Below are positions 11,537 through 22,565 of a DNA stretch of 64,000 nucleotides, in pieces (within the stretch, counting starts at the first letter, position 1; each line of letters begins with the position of its first letter). The stretch spans positions 62,001 to 126,000 of the forward strand of contig JAANOX010000191.1 of assembly GCA_020184695.1 (NCBI GenBank). Reading direction: 5' to 3'. The position numbers and the translations under genes are program-made. Under the pieces are notes generated by a model, which made no database searches, was not told the DNA's origin, and saw nothing but the letters and a program-made list of their open reading frames with translations. Origin of the DNA: Histomonas meleagridis 2922-C6/04-290x (Eukaryota; Protista; Parabasalia).

Positions 11537-11608
11537 TTTTGATAATATTTGGCGCCAAAAATCATAAACTACTCAAATCATGAAAGATTGAAATCGAAAG
11601 CAGATCTA

Positions 11609-12232
11609 ATGGCAAAGGTTTTTTATGAAGGGGATTCTTGGCTGATTTGGGATCCAAATGACATTGAAAAGCTAAGAAATGAAGCAAGGGTGATTGGAAG
11701 CGCAACTTTAACAGCACCAAATTTTCCTCAACAATCTAAATTTTTAGGACTTCCAATAGAACTCACTTCATATGAAGCTAAATGGTGTTTCGAAAATGGA
11801 TTTTGCAAACTTGTTAAACCAATTTTTAAAGATTTCAACAGTGATTTTCCTGATGAAATTCTTGAACAAAATTTTCGGAAAATCACAATTAGAGCGCATG
11901 ATGAATCAGAATATGAAATAGAAGAAATTGGACCACCAATTCTTGATCCATTTAAATACAAGGTTTATTGTGATCTTAAACAAAATTATTGGATAAGTGA
12001 TGCATCTAATTACGGATGTGATTTCGCGATATATATTTCCCCTCCATGGGAGTGTCATTCGTCAGCCTTTATTTGGTGTAATAATGAAATTCTTGATACA
12101 AAAAAATTAATTCAACTTATGCGTATATCTGAAACTGCTCGTAAACGCTTAATATCAGCACACTTAACTCCAAATGGCAATATTGAATACGTTGAATTTA
12201 GCAGATATAAAAGTGTTGAAGATTTAAAATAA
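11609..12232 (+). CDS. TSEN34: tRNA-splicing endonuclease catalytic subunit Sen34
   Basis: N-terminal LIWDPNDIEKLRNEARVIG; catalytic region DASNYGCDFAIY...ECHSSAF...SETARKRL with Y/H/K triad. First ATG at 11609 (track starts at TTG 11549). Confidence 0.85.
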   Translation: MAKVFYEGDSWLIWDPNDIEKLRNEARVIGSATLTAPNFPQQSKFLGLPIELTSYEAKWCFENGFCKLVKPIFKDFNSDFPDEILEQNFRKITIRAHDESEYEIEEIGPPILDPFKYKVYCDLKQNYWISDASNYGCDFAIYISPPWECHSSAFIWCNNEILDTKKLIQLMRISETARKRLISAHLTPNGNIEYVEFSRYKSVEDLK

Positions 12233-12513
12233 TCCAAATTTTTCATGTCAAAGAAGAATATTTTAAATTATTCAAAAAATGTACATCTTAATCATTTCAT
12301 ATTATGCGTTACAAAATGCATTTTTGTCTTTGGGTTGGGGAAAATAAACTAAAGTCAAGAATATTATTATATCTTTTAATAAAAATTTAATTTATGTGTT
12401 CAATAAATTTTTTAATTTTTAAACTTGTAAAAAAATTTGTGATTTCATTTGAAAAAGGAAAAACATTTTTTGATATAAAAATACAAAAAAATTTTAATAA
12501 CAAAACTCTATTT

Positions 12514-15039
12514 TTAGACAAAACATTTTTCAAATGCGCTTTTATATGTTTCTCTACAATTGTCAGAGCAGTTTTCCAATGCACCCTTAATAAAATTACC
12601 CAAATCCATATATTCAACCGGTGCCTTAAACTCATGCGGACAATATAAGAAATTTACTTTTGCGTTACCAATTGTAATTCTTTGTTGTTTTTCGTTCAAC
12701 AACAATTCCGATGCTACAGGAATTAGTACATCTGATAATCCCTTATTGATTATACACAGTTTTAGTAAAGCAACTGTATGTAATCTTTTCTCATAAAAAC
12801 ACTTTGGAATAATTTCCAAGAAATGTAACAAATTATTTAATACTTCATTATTAACAATATCGAAAAACCCGAATATTATTACACTCGAAATTATTTCGAA
12901 TTTAATATAATCAACTTGAATCAAAGGGATCATTTGTAACAAAGCAGAAATATCAAGTGAATTATCAATTTGTAAATTCCAACAAACTAATTCAGCGCCA
13001 GCATTTAACATTTCAATAGAACCATTTTTTAATGACATTGAAATCAAATTTAATCCGATGCTATAAAACAAATTCGCACAATTTAATGCAACATATTCAT
13101 TTAAATGTGCCGAAATAAATATAATTATAGGAATATAAAATTTATTCATTTCTTCCATTATATGTTCATTTTGTTGTATTGCTTGTGCTAAATTTCGTAA
13201 AAGAATTATGTTATACTCAGAATTAGTATAAAAGATAAATGAAATTAATGTACATAAATTATCACTAATATCAATTAAATTATTAAAATTACTTAATAAA
13301 AATGTAATCGAATTAATTACATTTTCAGTAATAACATTTGACCCAATTTCATTAATGATCTCCGAAAGTATTTCCAACGATTTCGATATAGACTCTTCAT
13401 TAAGTTCACTTTCTTGTGAATAGTGAATAATAATTCCGGAAAATATCGCATCGATAATACGACTTGAAAGTGCAATAGTTAAATCAGGATAAAATTTTAA
13501 TAATATTTGTAACGTTTTGGATGCATCATTAGTTGGGCATATTGAAGTAAATTCAATTATTTTCTCAATTATGTCATTTGGTACAACAAATTGTTCTTTT
13601 AATAATTTACGGAAACATTTAAGTGCATTACAAAAAAGTGTCGCGTTATTTGTTCTTAATAAATTTATGATATTTTGAAGAATTAATTGTTTATCATCAT
13701 TAGTTAATAAATCATAAGACTTAGAAATTAAAAACAAAAAAGTTGAATAAATAATTGGTGAAGTTTGTGATATTTGAGTACATGAAATTACCCAATTATA
13801 AATTTGTTGATTATAATCACCTGGTATATTTGGCTTAATAATCATTGCCATTAAATACATTGATGATTCAGAAGGCTGTTGGTTTAATAATATTTGTAAA
13901 AATCGTTCATTTAATGATGTTAGATATATTGATAAATCAGCACAAAATCGTCGTATGTTTTTTTTATTTGGAACAGGACAATACGCATAGTCCAAGAATA
14001 ACGCAGGATTCATTTCAAAGTCATTAATTTCAAATTCGGTTAATGTCGAACATGAAATTAAAATTTGTACCAATGTTAAATCAATTGGCAAAAGTTTGAC
14101 ATATACATTCAAAGGTCGTGAAAAGTTTATTAATGTCATTCGTGGGATATCATAATGGATGGATAAAACCGCCAAAAATTGCAATGATATGTTAAGTATA
14201 ATCATTGAAAGTTCGGCCGAATTTAAATGTTGGGAATTAAATACCATTAATGTTTGTAAAAATTTGCCACAGACTTTAATGAGTGAGGAATATTTTTTAT
14301 TCGAATACAATGATTGAATTGGAAATGTGTTCAAAATGGATTTAGTGGCTTCAATGTATAAATTAATAAGTTCGGGTTGTGAAAGATATCGATAAATTGA
14401 AGAATTAAAGATTTGATAACAATATCGTATAATACAACAATCTGATGGAGAAGTAAGACATATATACAGTTGAACTAAAGGTACTGTACGAATTTGTATT
14501 TCATGATAAAATGGATTACAATTTGGAAAAGATAAATTTAAACTTACAGAAATAGATTGAATAAGTTGAACAGTAGTTGAAAGAACAGAAATTAAAACTT
14601 CCGGTGTCGAAGTGATATCGATAAATGTAGTTATTGATTGAAGAAAATTAAAATATAAATTTTGGTCAATAGTTGAGGGATATGATATTTTATAAAGATG
14701 AAGAAGGAGTTTATGGCAAGGGTGTCCAATAACAAGAATTTGTTGTAATTGCGAAATGTATTGAACTTTGATTTCTTGATTTAAATTTACCCAATTTTTT
14801 TTAAACCACATGCGTAGTGCACCTGAAGCACATATATGAATATTATATGGAAGATTTGGAGTTAATAAAATTTGAAATAATATTGGAAAAACTTGTAAAT
14901 TTTCTACTATTTGTGAAACAGCCTGATCTGCTCTGTTACGAATTGTTTCATCATTTGATGATAAGCATTCGAAAATTTTTATGATTTCATCCATGGAAAT
15001 CCGAGTTTGTCTCGACCGTTTATCAATTTTGAGGTTCAT
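12514..15039 (-). CDS. Importin-beta family (IBN_N + HEAT) karyopherin-like protein
   Basis: SNDETIRNRADQAV...ASGALRMWFKKNW resembles the importin-beta N-terminal domain, followed by a helical solenoid. ATG at 15039 or, more likely, 14994. Confidence 0.65.
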   Translation of the reverse strand: MNLKIDKRSRQTRISMDEIIKIFECLSSNDETIRNRADQAVSQIVENLQVFPILFQILLTPNLPYNIHICASGALRMWFKKNWVNLNQEIKVQYISQLQQILVIGHPCHKLLLHLYKISYPSTIDQNLYFNFLQSITTFIDITSTPEVLISVLSTTVQLIQSISVSLNLSFPNCNPFYHEIQIRTVPLVQLYICLTSPSDCCIIRYCYQIFNSSIYRYLSQPELINLYIEATKSILNTFPIQSLYSNKKYSSLIKVCGKFLQTLMVFNSQHLNSAELSMIILNISLQFLAVLSIHYDIPRMTLINFSRPLNVYVKLLPIDLTLVQILISCSTLTEFEINDFEMNPALFLDYAYCPVPNKKNIRRFCADLSIYLTSLNERFLQILLNQQPSESSMYLMAMIIKPNIPGDYNQQIYNWVISCTQISQTSPIIYSTFLFLISKSYDLLTNDDKQLILQNIINLLRTNNATLFCNALKCFRKLLKEQFVVPNDIIEKIIEFTSICPTNDASKTLQILLKFYPDLTIALSSRIIDAIFSGIIIHYSQESELNEESISKSLEILSEIINEIGSNVITENVINSITFLLSNFNNLIDISDNLCTLISFIFYTNSEYNIILLRNLAQAIQQNEHIMEEMNKFYIPIIIFISAHLNEYVALNCANLFYSIGLNLISMSLKNGSIEMLNAGAELVCWNLQIDNSLDISALLQMIPLIQVDYIKFEIISSVIIFGFFDIVNNEVLNNLLHFLEIIPKCFYEKRLHTVALLKLCIINKGLSDVLIPVASELLLNEKQQRITIGNAKVNFLYCPHEFKAPVEYMDLGNFIKGALENCSDNCRETYKSAFEKCFV

Positions 15040-15539
15040 TTTTTTCAAATGAAAACTTTATCAGAAAGTGTATAAAAGAAACAAATTTATTCATTAATTT
15101 CTTCATCCTCGAAATAAAATCCGATGATTTCGCACTAAAACTTTGATGTGATGTAAAACAAATGGGATTTTAACAGTTTTAACAAATTAAATATCTTAAC
15201 TTCAACATCTTCAACCCTTCTACAATGCTTTCCAATTTCTACACATAGAACTGATTCAAAAAATCCTTATTCACCAATAGTTTGAGCTCAAACTACTAAA
15301 TACAATTTTTGAATTTTGACTTAAGTTTGTAAATCTAGAAAAACATAACTTTTAAAATTGTTCATGAAGTCGTCAACTTGTTTATGAGTTTCTCCCAATT
15401 GTTGAATAATTTTCTTTCGATCTTTGCACAATGAAGATATTTTATTTGATCTAAATGTGTTCGAATAAAATGATTTTCTTCATCATGAACTTGATTAGAG
15501 TCGTGCAAGCAGAAGGTTTCACGATAGAAATGCTTAGCA

Positions 15540-15543
<4 letters not shown>

Positions 15544-15590
<47 letters not shown>
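15544..15590. repeat. (TA)n microsatellite, about 23 units
   Basis: Directly visible. Confidence 0.97.
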
Positions 15591-15592
<2 letters not shown>

Positions 15593-15719
15593 CCTCAAGT
15601 ATGTATGATATTATAGTGCAATATAAGCAGGACCTGTCTGTTGAATTTCAAAAAATTTGTGTTTTAATTAAAAATTTTGAATCATTTTTTATCGTTTATT
15701 TGACAATCTTTGTTCAAGG

Positions 15720-17013
15720 AGAGCACTTTTACGGTTAGAAAAAATTAAAACATGAATTTTGAGATATATGTTTTTTATTTTTCAAAAATATTCAATATAA
15801 ATTCACTAAATGGTGTATAGTTATCAATTATAAAATATGGATAAAAAAATGAAAATTTTTGAAATTTGACGATTTGTAATTTCATGATATTTGAATTATT
15901 GTTTTTGAAATTTTTATTCGGCATTATGTGCAACAAAGAGATATAAACATATAATTTAGTATGATCTCTAATAAATTTCTTTTTTCATCAATTGTTAAGT
16001 TTTCTTCACTCAAGGCTTCATTAAGAAATACCAAAGACATAAAATATGTAAATGATGCTGTTTGATTATTTTCATGAAGAGAAATCAAACCATCACACGT
16101 AAACAATTTAACAGGGAGTTCATTGTGCATCATTGTAAATTTTTCATTAGACCATTGGATAGAAGGCATATTCAAGTTTTCTTTGAGCCATTTAATATTT
16201 ATAACATCAGATGAATAAAAAAACCACAATGAATTCTATTTGAAAGTAATCTATATCTTCCTTTCTTTACTAGATGTAATGGATCAGAATCAAAGTTCCA
16301 GTAATTTCAGAAAAATTGTTAGAATCTACGTTATTTTTAATTTTTTTATAATGATCATAAAATGATTGATGAAAAAATTGTTGATTGAAATTTGTTTTAT
16401 TTTATTTTTGATTATTGATTAAATTTACTTTTAATTTCCTATCACGTTTTAATATTCTTTTTTTACTCCCTTTTCTTTTTCTTTAATCGTGAAAACTGAA
16501 GTTGTTGAGTTCTGCTATACATTAAGTAATTGTCAATTTTTTATTTTTTTAAATCGTTCCGGAATGCAAGCTTTCAAGAAAAATTTGCTCTTTTTGAAAA
16601 ATTGAACCGACATATCTTCACGTGCTTTATGACATGTGATATAGGTATTCTTGTTTATCCGAATCCGAAAAATCTAAAAATCCTATCGTCAGTTTCTGAA
16701 AAAAATTAAAAATATATTTCAAAATAAAAATTCTTCATAAAAAATTATTTAGTCAATTTTCCGAAATTATTCTTTTGCACACATTAATAATATATTTTGT
16801 CGCACATAATGCCGAATTAAAATTTCAAAAACAATAATTCAAATATCATGAAATTACAAATCGTCAAATTTCAAAAATTTTCATTTTTTTATCCATATTT
16901 TATAATTGATAACTATACACCATTTAGTGAATTTATATTGAATATTTTTGAAAAATAAAAAACATATATCTCAAAATTCATGTTTTAATTTTTTCTAACC
17001 GTAAAAGTGCTCT
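15720..17013 (-). mobile_element. Non-autonomous DNA transposon with 218-bp TIRs and a decayed P-element-like (DxxH) transposase
   Basis: 15720-15937 is the reverse complement of 16796-17013 with 2 mismatches. Internal minus-strand SDPLHLVKKGRYRLL (16285-16244) is followed, after a frameshift, by PSIQWSNEKFTMMHNELPVKLFT. Confidence 0.8.
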
Positions 17014-17155
17014 GCATGCACAACTCTACTTGATGGTAACCAAGAATAACCACCAATTTTGATTTGTGGGTAAATGTTTCAAAAAGTTAATGCTCAGAAA
17101 ATTGAATATTCTCTAAAAACTTTTTCATAGAATCTATTGAACGTTCAATTCCAAC

Positions 17156-19591
17156 ATGAGTGTTTTTTTCTTCCTCTCTTTTTCCTTGTCTGAACTATAT
17201 AATTTTACATACGCATGGTCAAGAAATGGAAACGACAAATATACACTCAAAATAGGCAATCCATATTCCGAATTTCAGCATACAGGAGTAAATGATTACG
17301 CTGTTTCAACATCACAAGTTGTTAATGTAACGTTTGGAACTATTTACAACTTCACATGTGAAATTGCAGCAACAGGATCAGGAACAATCCAATTTTCAAC
17401 TATCGGATATTCCTCTAATGGAACACTTCTTGCATATGAATCAGTTACAGATATGTTTGAGGATCGATCCAACACCATCAAAACTTATACAGCTTCATTT
17501 TTTACAAGGAATCCAAAAATAGCTTATATTTCACCTAGACTCATTGGAGAAGGAGCAGTAAAATTTAGATATGGTGTTGCATCTATGTCAGTTACTGGAT
17601 CTTTTGATGCTGATCCAAATGTTTCAGATAAAATTTTAGAAAATTCTAAACTTAAACTTCTTTACAATATTACGACAAATACTATCAGTGTTTTTGATAA
17701 AAGAGTAGGAAGGAATTATGTTCAACCATCTGTTGCCAGAGTATGGGGAAGGCTGATAACCAAAATCACTCCACTTGAAAATGGTTTTAATGTTTCAGCT
17801 ATGCAAATCTCAAACCTTAAAGTTATTTACACAAGTTATTGGTTAAACGATGATGAAATTCAAGTCGAAATTCAAAGACCAGATGGCAACTACGATACGT
17901 TCTTCAATGGGTTTGAAAATTATGACAATGAGTCTATAATACTTCCTCATGGTGAAGGTATGATTTTTCCAATTAATCACAACTTATCAATTTCTAACGG
18001 ATTTGCTGGATATACTGGCCATGGCATCTCAATGGGGTTCTATGGCGTTGCAGCGTATAAGAATAACTCAGATGGTGTTTCTGGATGTGAAGGATATATG
18101 ATCATTCTTCAAACAGTTGATGACGCACAAGTTATCATAAACAAAGCAAGTAAAGATGTACCTCACCAATGGATAAGAATTATGTGGGTAAGGCAAAAAG
18201 ATAGTTATGCATATAATCGAAGATATAAAATGGTGTTCTTCGAAAACGGAGGACATGTAGCCATGGCAAAACGTTACCAAAAGTATGCCAAAGAAATTGG
18301 TTTATACAAAAGTTTTAAGCAAAAGATTGAAGAGAATCCAAATCTTGAAGAAAGTTTGAATAACATGAGAGGGGCAGCAAACATTTGGCTATACGAAAAC
18401 ATCAAAAAAATTTACGCTGAAATGCAGGATAATTTTTCCATGAAATACATTTTGGCAAGTTATGCATACGGTTCTGACATTGAATTCTGTAATAACCGCT
18501 CTATCGTCAGCAGCCGTTATGACATTTATCAAGATGCTATGGATCCAAATACAAAATACGATATTAGTTGGCACCCTGATTGGGTAAATGAATCTTATGA
18601 AAGAGAACAGCTTGTTATGAACGAAGATGGTACTCTTAGAACTGGGTGGTCAGTATATCCAAAAGGATCAACTGAACTCGTTTATTGTAATGTTGTTTCC
18701 GATCGTTACTGGCTTGACTACATGCGAGAAAAAATCAACAAAGAAATCAAAAATGGAGATAAACGCACATGTAGATTTATTGATGTTGCAACAGCATCTG
18801 CTTGGTATGAAGATTATTCACCAAAACACCCATCAAATAGAACTCTTTCTAAGCATTTCAGAAAGCTTACTTTAGGTGCTTTGCATAATGAATATAATTT
18901 TGTATCTGGATCAGAAACAGGAATCGACCAAATGGTTCCAGAGGTAGACTACTTCGAGGGAATGATGAGTCTTCCTAATTTTAGGGTTGATGACGCCGGT
19001 CGAAATACAGCGCAAATTATATATGGAAAGCCTCCAGAGCAAATTACAAAGTTCCAAGTTGGGGAAAGATACAGACTTCCTCTTTGGGAGCTTGTTTACC
19101 ATGATTGTACTATTGCTTATTGGTATTGGGGAGATTTCAATAATAAATTACCTGCTGTCTGGAGGAAAAGAGACTTGTTCAATGCATTGTATGGAGTTCC
19201 GCCAATGTATCAGCTAAATAATGCACAATGGCAGGCAAATAAGAGTATGTTTGCTGAATCATATCATATCGCATCACCTGTTGCTCATGAAACAATGTTC
19301 TCTGAAATGACCGACCATAAGATTTTGACAACAGATTGGTCTGTACAACAAACACATTTTTCAAATGGTGTGGTATCAACAGTGAACTTTGGGAATTCTC
19401 CATATGTTATGAATGACGGATATGTACTTGAACCAATGACGAACAGGATTCAACGCCCAGAAGAAGGCGGCCTTTCTACAGTCGGAATTGTTTTGATTGT
19501 TGTTGCGGTTGTAGTGGTTATAGCGGTTATAGCGGTTATAGTTATTTTATCCTTTAAGCAAGGAACAAAGGTAACAATGCTAAATAAATAA
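17156..19591 (+). CDS. GH129/GH101-related (putative alpha-N-acetylgalactosaminidase-like) glycoside hydrolase, type I membrane protein
   Basis: RFIDVATASAWYEDYSPKHP, SGSETGIDQMVPEVDYFEGMMS and YRLPLWELVYHDC...WYWGDFNNK match bacterial GH129-like proteins as recalled; N-terminal signal-like segment; C-terminal TM helix. Confidence 0.7.
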   Translation: MSVFFFLSFSLSELYNFTYAWSRNGNDKYTLKIGNPYSEFQHTGVNDYAVSTSQVVNVTFGTIYNFTCEIAATGSGTIQFSTIGYSSNGTLLAYESVTDMFEDRSNTIKTYTASFFTRNPKIAYISPRLIGEGAVKFRYGVASMSVTGSFDADPNVSDKILENSKLKLLYNITTNTISVFDKRVGRNYVQPSVARVWGRLITKITPLENGFNVSAMQISNLKVIYTSYWLNDDEIQVEIQRPDGNYDTFFNGFENYDNESIILPHGEGMIFPINHNLSISNGFAGYTGHGISMGFYGVAAYKNNSDGVSGCEGYMIILQTVDDAQVIINKASKDVPHQWIRIMWVRQKDSYAYNRRYKMVFFENGGHVAMAKRYQKYAKEIGLYKSFKQKIEENPNLEESLNNMRGAANIWLYENIKKIYAEMQDNFSMKYILASYAYGSDIEFCNNRSIVSSRYDIYQDAMDPNTKYDISWHPDWVNESYEREQLVMNEDGTLRTGWSVYPKGSTELVYCNVVSDRYWLDYMREKINKEIKNGDKRTCRFIDVATASAWYEDYSPKHPSNRTLSKHFRKLTLGALHNEYNFVSGSETGIDQMVPEVDYFEGMMSLPNFRVDDAGRNTAQIIYGKPPEQITKFQVGERYRLPLWELVYHDCTIAYWYWGDFNNKLPAVWRKRDLFNALYGVPPMYQLNNAQWQANKSMFAESYHIASPVAHETMFSEMTDHKILTTDWSVQQTHFSNGVVSTVNFGNSPYVMNDGYVLEPMTNRIQRPEEGGLSTVGIVLIVVAVVVVIAVIAVIVILSFKQGTKVTMLNK

Positions 19592-19917
19592 ATTTATGTA
19601 TCAAAGAAATGTGTAATTAATATTAATTGTTGTCATAATTGGTAGATATAAATAAAAAAGGAACAGAATTATTAGAAACGAAATCTGAAGCAGTTTTTGA
19701 TGTATTTTAAAAATATTCGAATATTCTTTTCTTGAAAGTTTTAAAAGAATGAGGAGACTTCAAACGAAATTAATTAATCTTTTATTAAAATATAATACAT
19801 TTGTTTAATTTTAATGAAATTGAATATAATAAAACAGTTTAAACATAACACAATTAAAATTAATTTATAAATAAATACAACTATTTTTAAGTATATATAT
19901 GCCATATCACATTATAT

Positions 19918-21180
19918 TTAACATTGTTGGAATCTCTCTATCATAGTTATTGCCTCTATCATCTTAATTTCTCTTTCGGGATAATAATCGATTTTCAACA
20001 CATCCGAAATCATTTCTCTTTTCTCAGTCCAGTTTTCCTTAATGAATTCATATGCCAAATTATATTTCTCTTCGCCTAACAATTCTTTACATTCTGTTTC
20101 CAGTTTCTTTTTTCTTGCTTCGAGATCACATTCGACTTTTCCGATGTTATCATTAATGTTTTCTTTCATATTATTTAGCGAACTTTTGATGATCTCTGCA
20201 AACCGATTTATATCATCTTTTACTCGGCGGAAACTTTGCCGCATTAATTCCGATGCGACAATTGGTACATCTTTGATCCATTCGGGAATTTCAGTTTGAT
20301 CAATTTCCGTCAAATCAAAATTAATAAGATTTTCTTTGGATGATAGACGTGGTGATCGATGTGGTGGTGCATATCGAGCGCTGACTTTCTGTTGGAAACG
20401 TGTTAAAGCATTTCTGATAATAGGAAGTTTTAAGATTTGTGAACATGTTGGTCGAAGAATTGGGTTCTTGTTAAGCATCTTAAGTAAAAGATCAGAAAGA
20501 TCATTAGAAAAACATGAAAATGAGTCGCGTGGTAACTTCCGAAATTGAATATTGGCAAATAATTCATCCCGAGATTTGCCAGTAAATGCGTGTTTCCCAG
20601 TCATCAGTTCAAAAAGAATACACCCGGCTGACCAGACATCAGCAGGAAAGCCATAGGGCTTACCTGCAATGATTTCTGGAGCCATAAAATATGGTGTGCC
20701 AATTATAGTCCGTGCAAGATCATAACCATTGATCTCGCGTGATATCCCAAAATCACCAATTTTGACAAAACCATTTTTAAATAAAAAAATATTTGTAATT
20801 TTGATATCACGATGTAAAATATTCTGTGAGTGAATATAATTTAGACCAAAAATAATCTGAGAAAAGATTTGTAGAATTCGTTTTTCAGATGGCTTATTAA
20901 ACTCTAAATAATGAGATAGATCTTTTGCATCAGCATACTCAAGAACTATACAAAACTCTTTATCAGTACGAAAAGAATCAATAAATTGGATAACATTTGG
21001 ATGGCTTAGGTTTTTAAGAAATTTTGCTTCATCTTCTGCTGATGTTTTAGCAATTGGATTTTTGAGTTTAATCTTTTTAAGAACAACATAATTACCAGAA
21101 GAACGTTCTCGTGCTAAAAATGCAGATCCATATGAGCCTTTTCCAATTTCTTTTATAGTTTCAAAATCCTTTTCGCTCAT
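19918..21180 (-). CDS. NIMA-related kinase (NEK1/3/5-like)
   Basis: IGKGSYG, VVLKKI, HRDIKITNIFL, KIGDFGIS, GTPYFMAPE; C-terminal helical domain. Confidence 0.92.
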   Translation of the reverse strand: MSEKDFETIKEIGKGSYGSAFLARERSSGNYVVLKKIKLKNPIAKTSAEDEAKFLKNLSHPNVIQFIDSFRTDKEFCIVLEYADAKDLSHYLEFNKPSEKRILQIFSQIIFGLNYIHSQNILHRDIKITNIFLFKNGFVKIGDFGISREINGYDLARTIIGTPYFMAPEIIAGKPYGFPADVWSAGCILFELMTGKHAFTGKSRDELFANIQFRKLPRDSFSCFSNDLSDLLLKMLNKNPILRPTCSQILKLPIIRNALTRFQQKVSARYAPPHRSPRLSSKENLINFDLTEIDQTEIPEWIKDVPIVASELMRQSFRRVKDDINRFAEIIKSSLNNMKENINDNIGKVECDLEARKKKLETECKELLGEEKYNLAYEFIKENWTEKREMISDVLKIDYYPEREIKMIEAITMIERFQQC

Positions 21181-21551
21181 TATTTTTCAAACGTTCTCTT
21201 GAGTTGACCGTTTAGAAATATGGATCTTTTTTTTTATAATCTTTCTTTGTCCGCGTTATATTATTGTTATACTTGCCTAACTTTTAGATCATGTTTGCAG
21301 ATGGTACTTCAAAAAAAAATCTTTAAATTTATATTAAAACATTAATATTGAATAATTTATTCTTCTTCAATGAATTTCATAAAAAAAATACATACATTAC
21401 CACTCTAGGCGATCTACTTCACAAAGGCTTTTTGTCTTTTATTAAGTTATAACTTAATAAGTATCAGACGCTGATCTAAAAACCTAATTTGGACCAGTTT
21501 CAGTTTTTGATATGTTTACGCATTCAAAGTGTCTTTTATTTGGCCAAATTT

Positions 21552-22121
21552 ATGTTATTTCACAGAGTATGCCTTTACATTATCCATTTCGTAACTCTTG
21601 TTTATGCTTATTGTAAGTTTTTCTTTTCTGAAATTCAGCAGCGCTTTTTTGGAAAGAAAATCTCAAAATCAGAAATTTGTCATTGCAAAAAATTTCCTCA
21701 TCACATGGCTATTGTATTGGACGAATATAATCCTAGATATACACAAATTTTAAAGAAATCAGTTGATTTTGTTTTGGATAATACAGAGATACCATATATT
21801 TCGTTATTTTTTACAGAAAAACCAAATAGTGTTCCAGCCTTTCCAGACAGGGTGAAGATATACGAAAAAGATGATGTTCCAGAAAGTTTTAAAGAAGCAA
21901 TGGAAACTAAAAAACCATTATCGGAAATTAGTACTCCATTTCCTGTACCTTTAGATCTTGTTGTTATATACTCTAAGATACCAAATCTTTGTGATTTCTT
22001 CCCATGGAACTTAGATCTTGCAATTTTACATTTTGCAGGACAAATTGAAAACTTGTCTGAATTATCACTCACCGAATCTCTTCTGGAATATAGCTCCTCA
22101 GAGCAACGCCACGGAAAATAA
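21552..22121 (+). CDS. NUS1: Nus1/NgBR cis-prenyltransferase subunit
   Basis: KKFPHHMAIV, PLDLVVIY...DFFPWNL and C-terminal EQRHGK (RxG motif); N-terminal TM. ATG at 21552. Confidence 0.85.
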   Translation: MLFHRVCLYIIHFVTLVYAYCKFFFSEIQQRFFGKKISKSEICHCKKFPHHMAIVLDEYNPRYTQILKKSVDFVLDNTEIPYISLFFTEKPNSVPAFPDRVKIYEKDDVPESFKEAMETKKPLSEISTPFPVPLDLVVIYSKIPNLCDFFPWNLDLAILHFAGQIENLSELSLTESLLEYSSSEQRHGK

Positions 22122-22319
22122 ATAGAACTATCCACGCAATAAATTTATTTCTAAACAGACCTTTAATTTATACGTATAATTAAGCATATATGTATACTTT
22201 CATTGTTTGATGTTATTTTACCAAAATTTTACCAATAGAATGAGTTGGGAATCAAAATTTATTTGCTACAATGCTTTGATTTGTTGAATATAATTCTACA
22301 TCGTAATATGATGATCATA

Positions 22320-22565
22320 TTCCTTCTATTTTTAGAAAGCAATTCGACGAGTTCAGTTTTTTCAATTTTTTCTGCATAAATAAGTGCTGTATTAAGTAAC
22401 ACATACAACTTCAAAATAATATGTTAGAATATCAAATGATTAATATATATTCTAAATAAAACATAAAATATCTTTGGCATTTGTATCAATTCCTACTTGT
22501 TCTAGAAGTAATTAAACGATTTCTACATACCAATTTTGAGATGCAATCATAAGCACTGTTTTAAA
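22320..22565 (-). pseudogene. Degenerate ankyrin cassette + 82-nt spacer + terminal ankyrin unit
   Basis: KTVLMIASQNWYVEIV*LLLEQVGIDTNAK-DI..., spacer 22472-22391, then TALIYAEKIEKTELVELLSK. Confidence 0.7.

Noticed and set aside
11609-12232. Functional link between SEN34 and the ankyrin spacers
   Set aside because: 12 kb apart with unrelated genes between; no bulge-helix-bulge or tRNA-like structure seen at spacer ends.
15362-15598. 78-aa ORF containing YIYIYI
   Set aside because: Product of the (TA)n microsatellite; the flanking part may be a relic but is not assignable.
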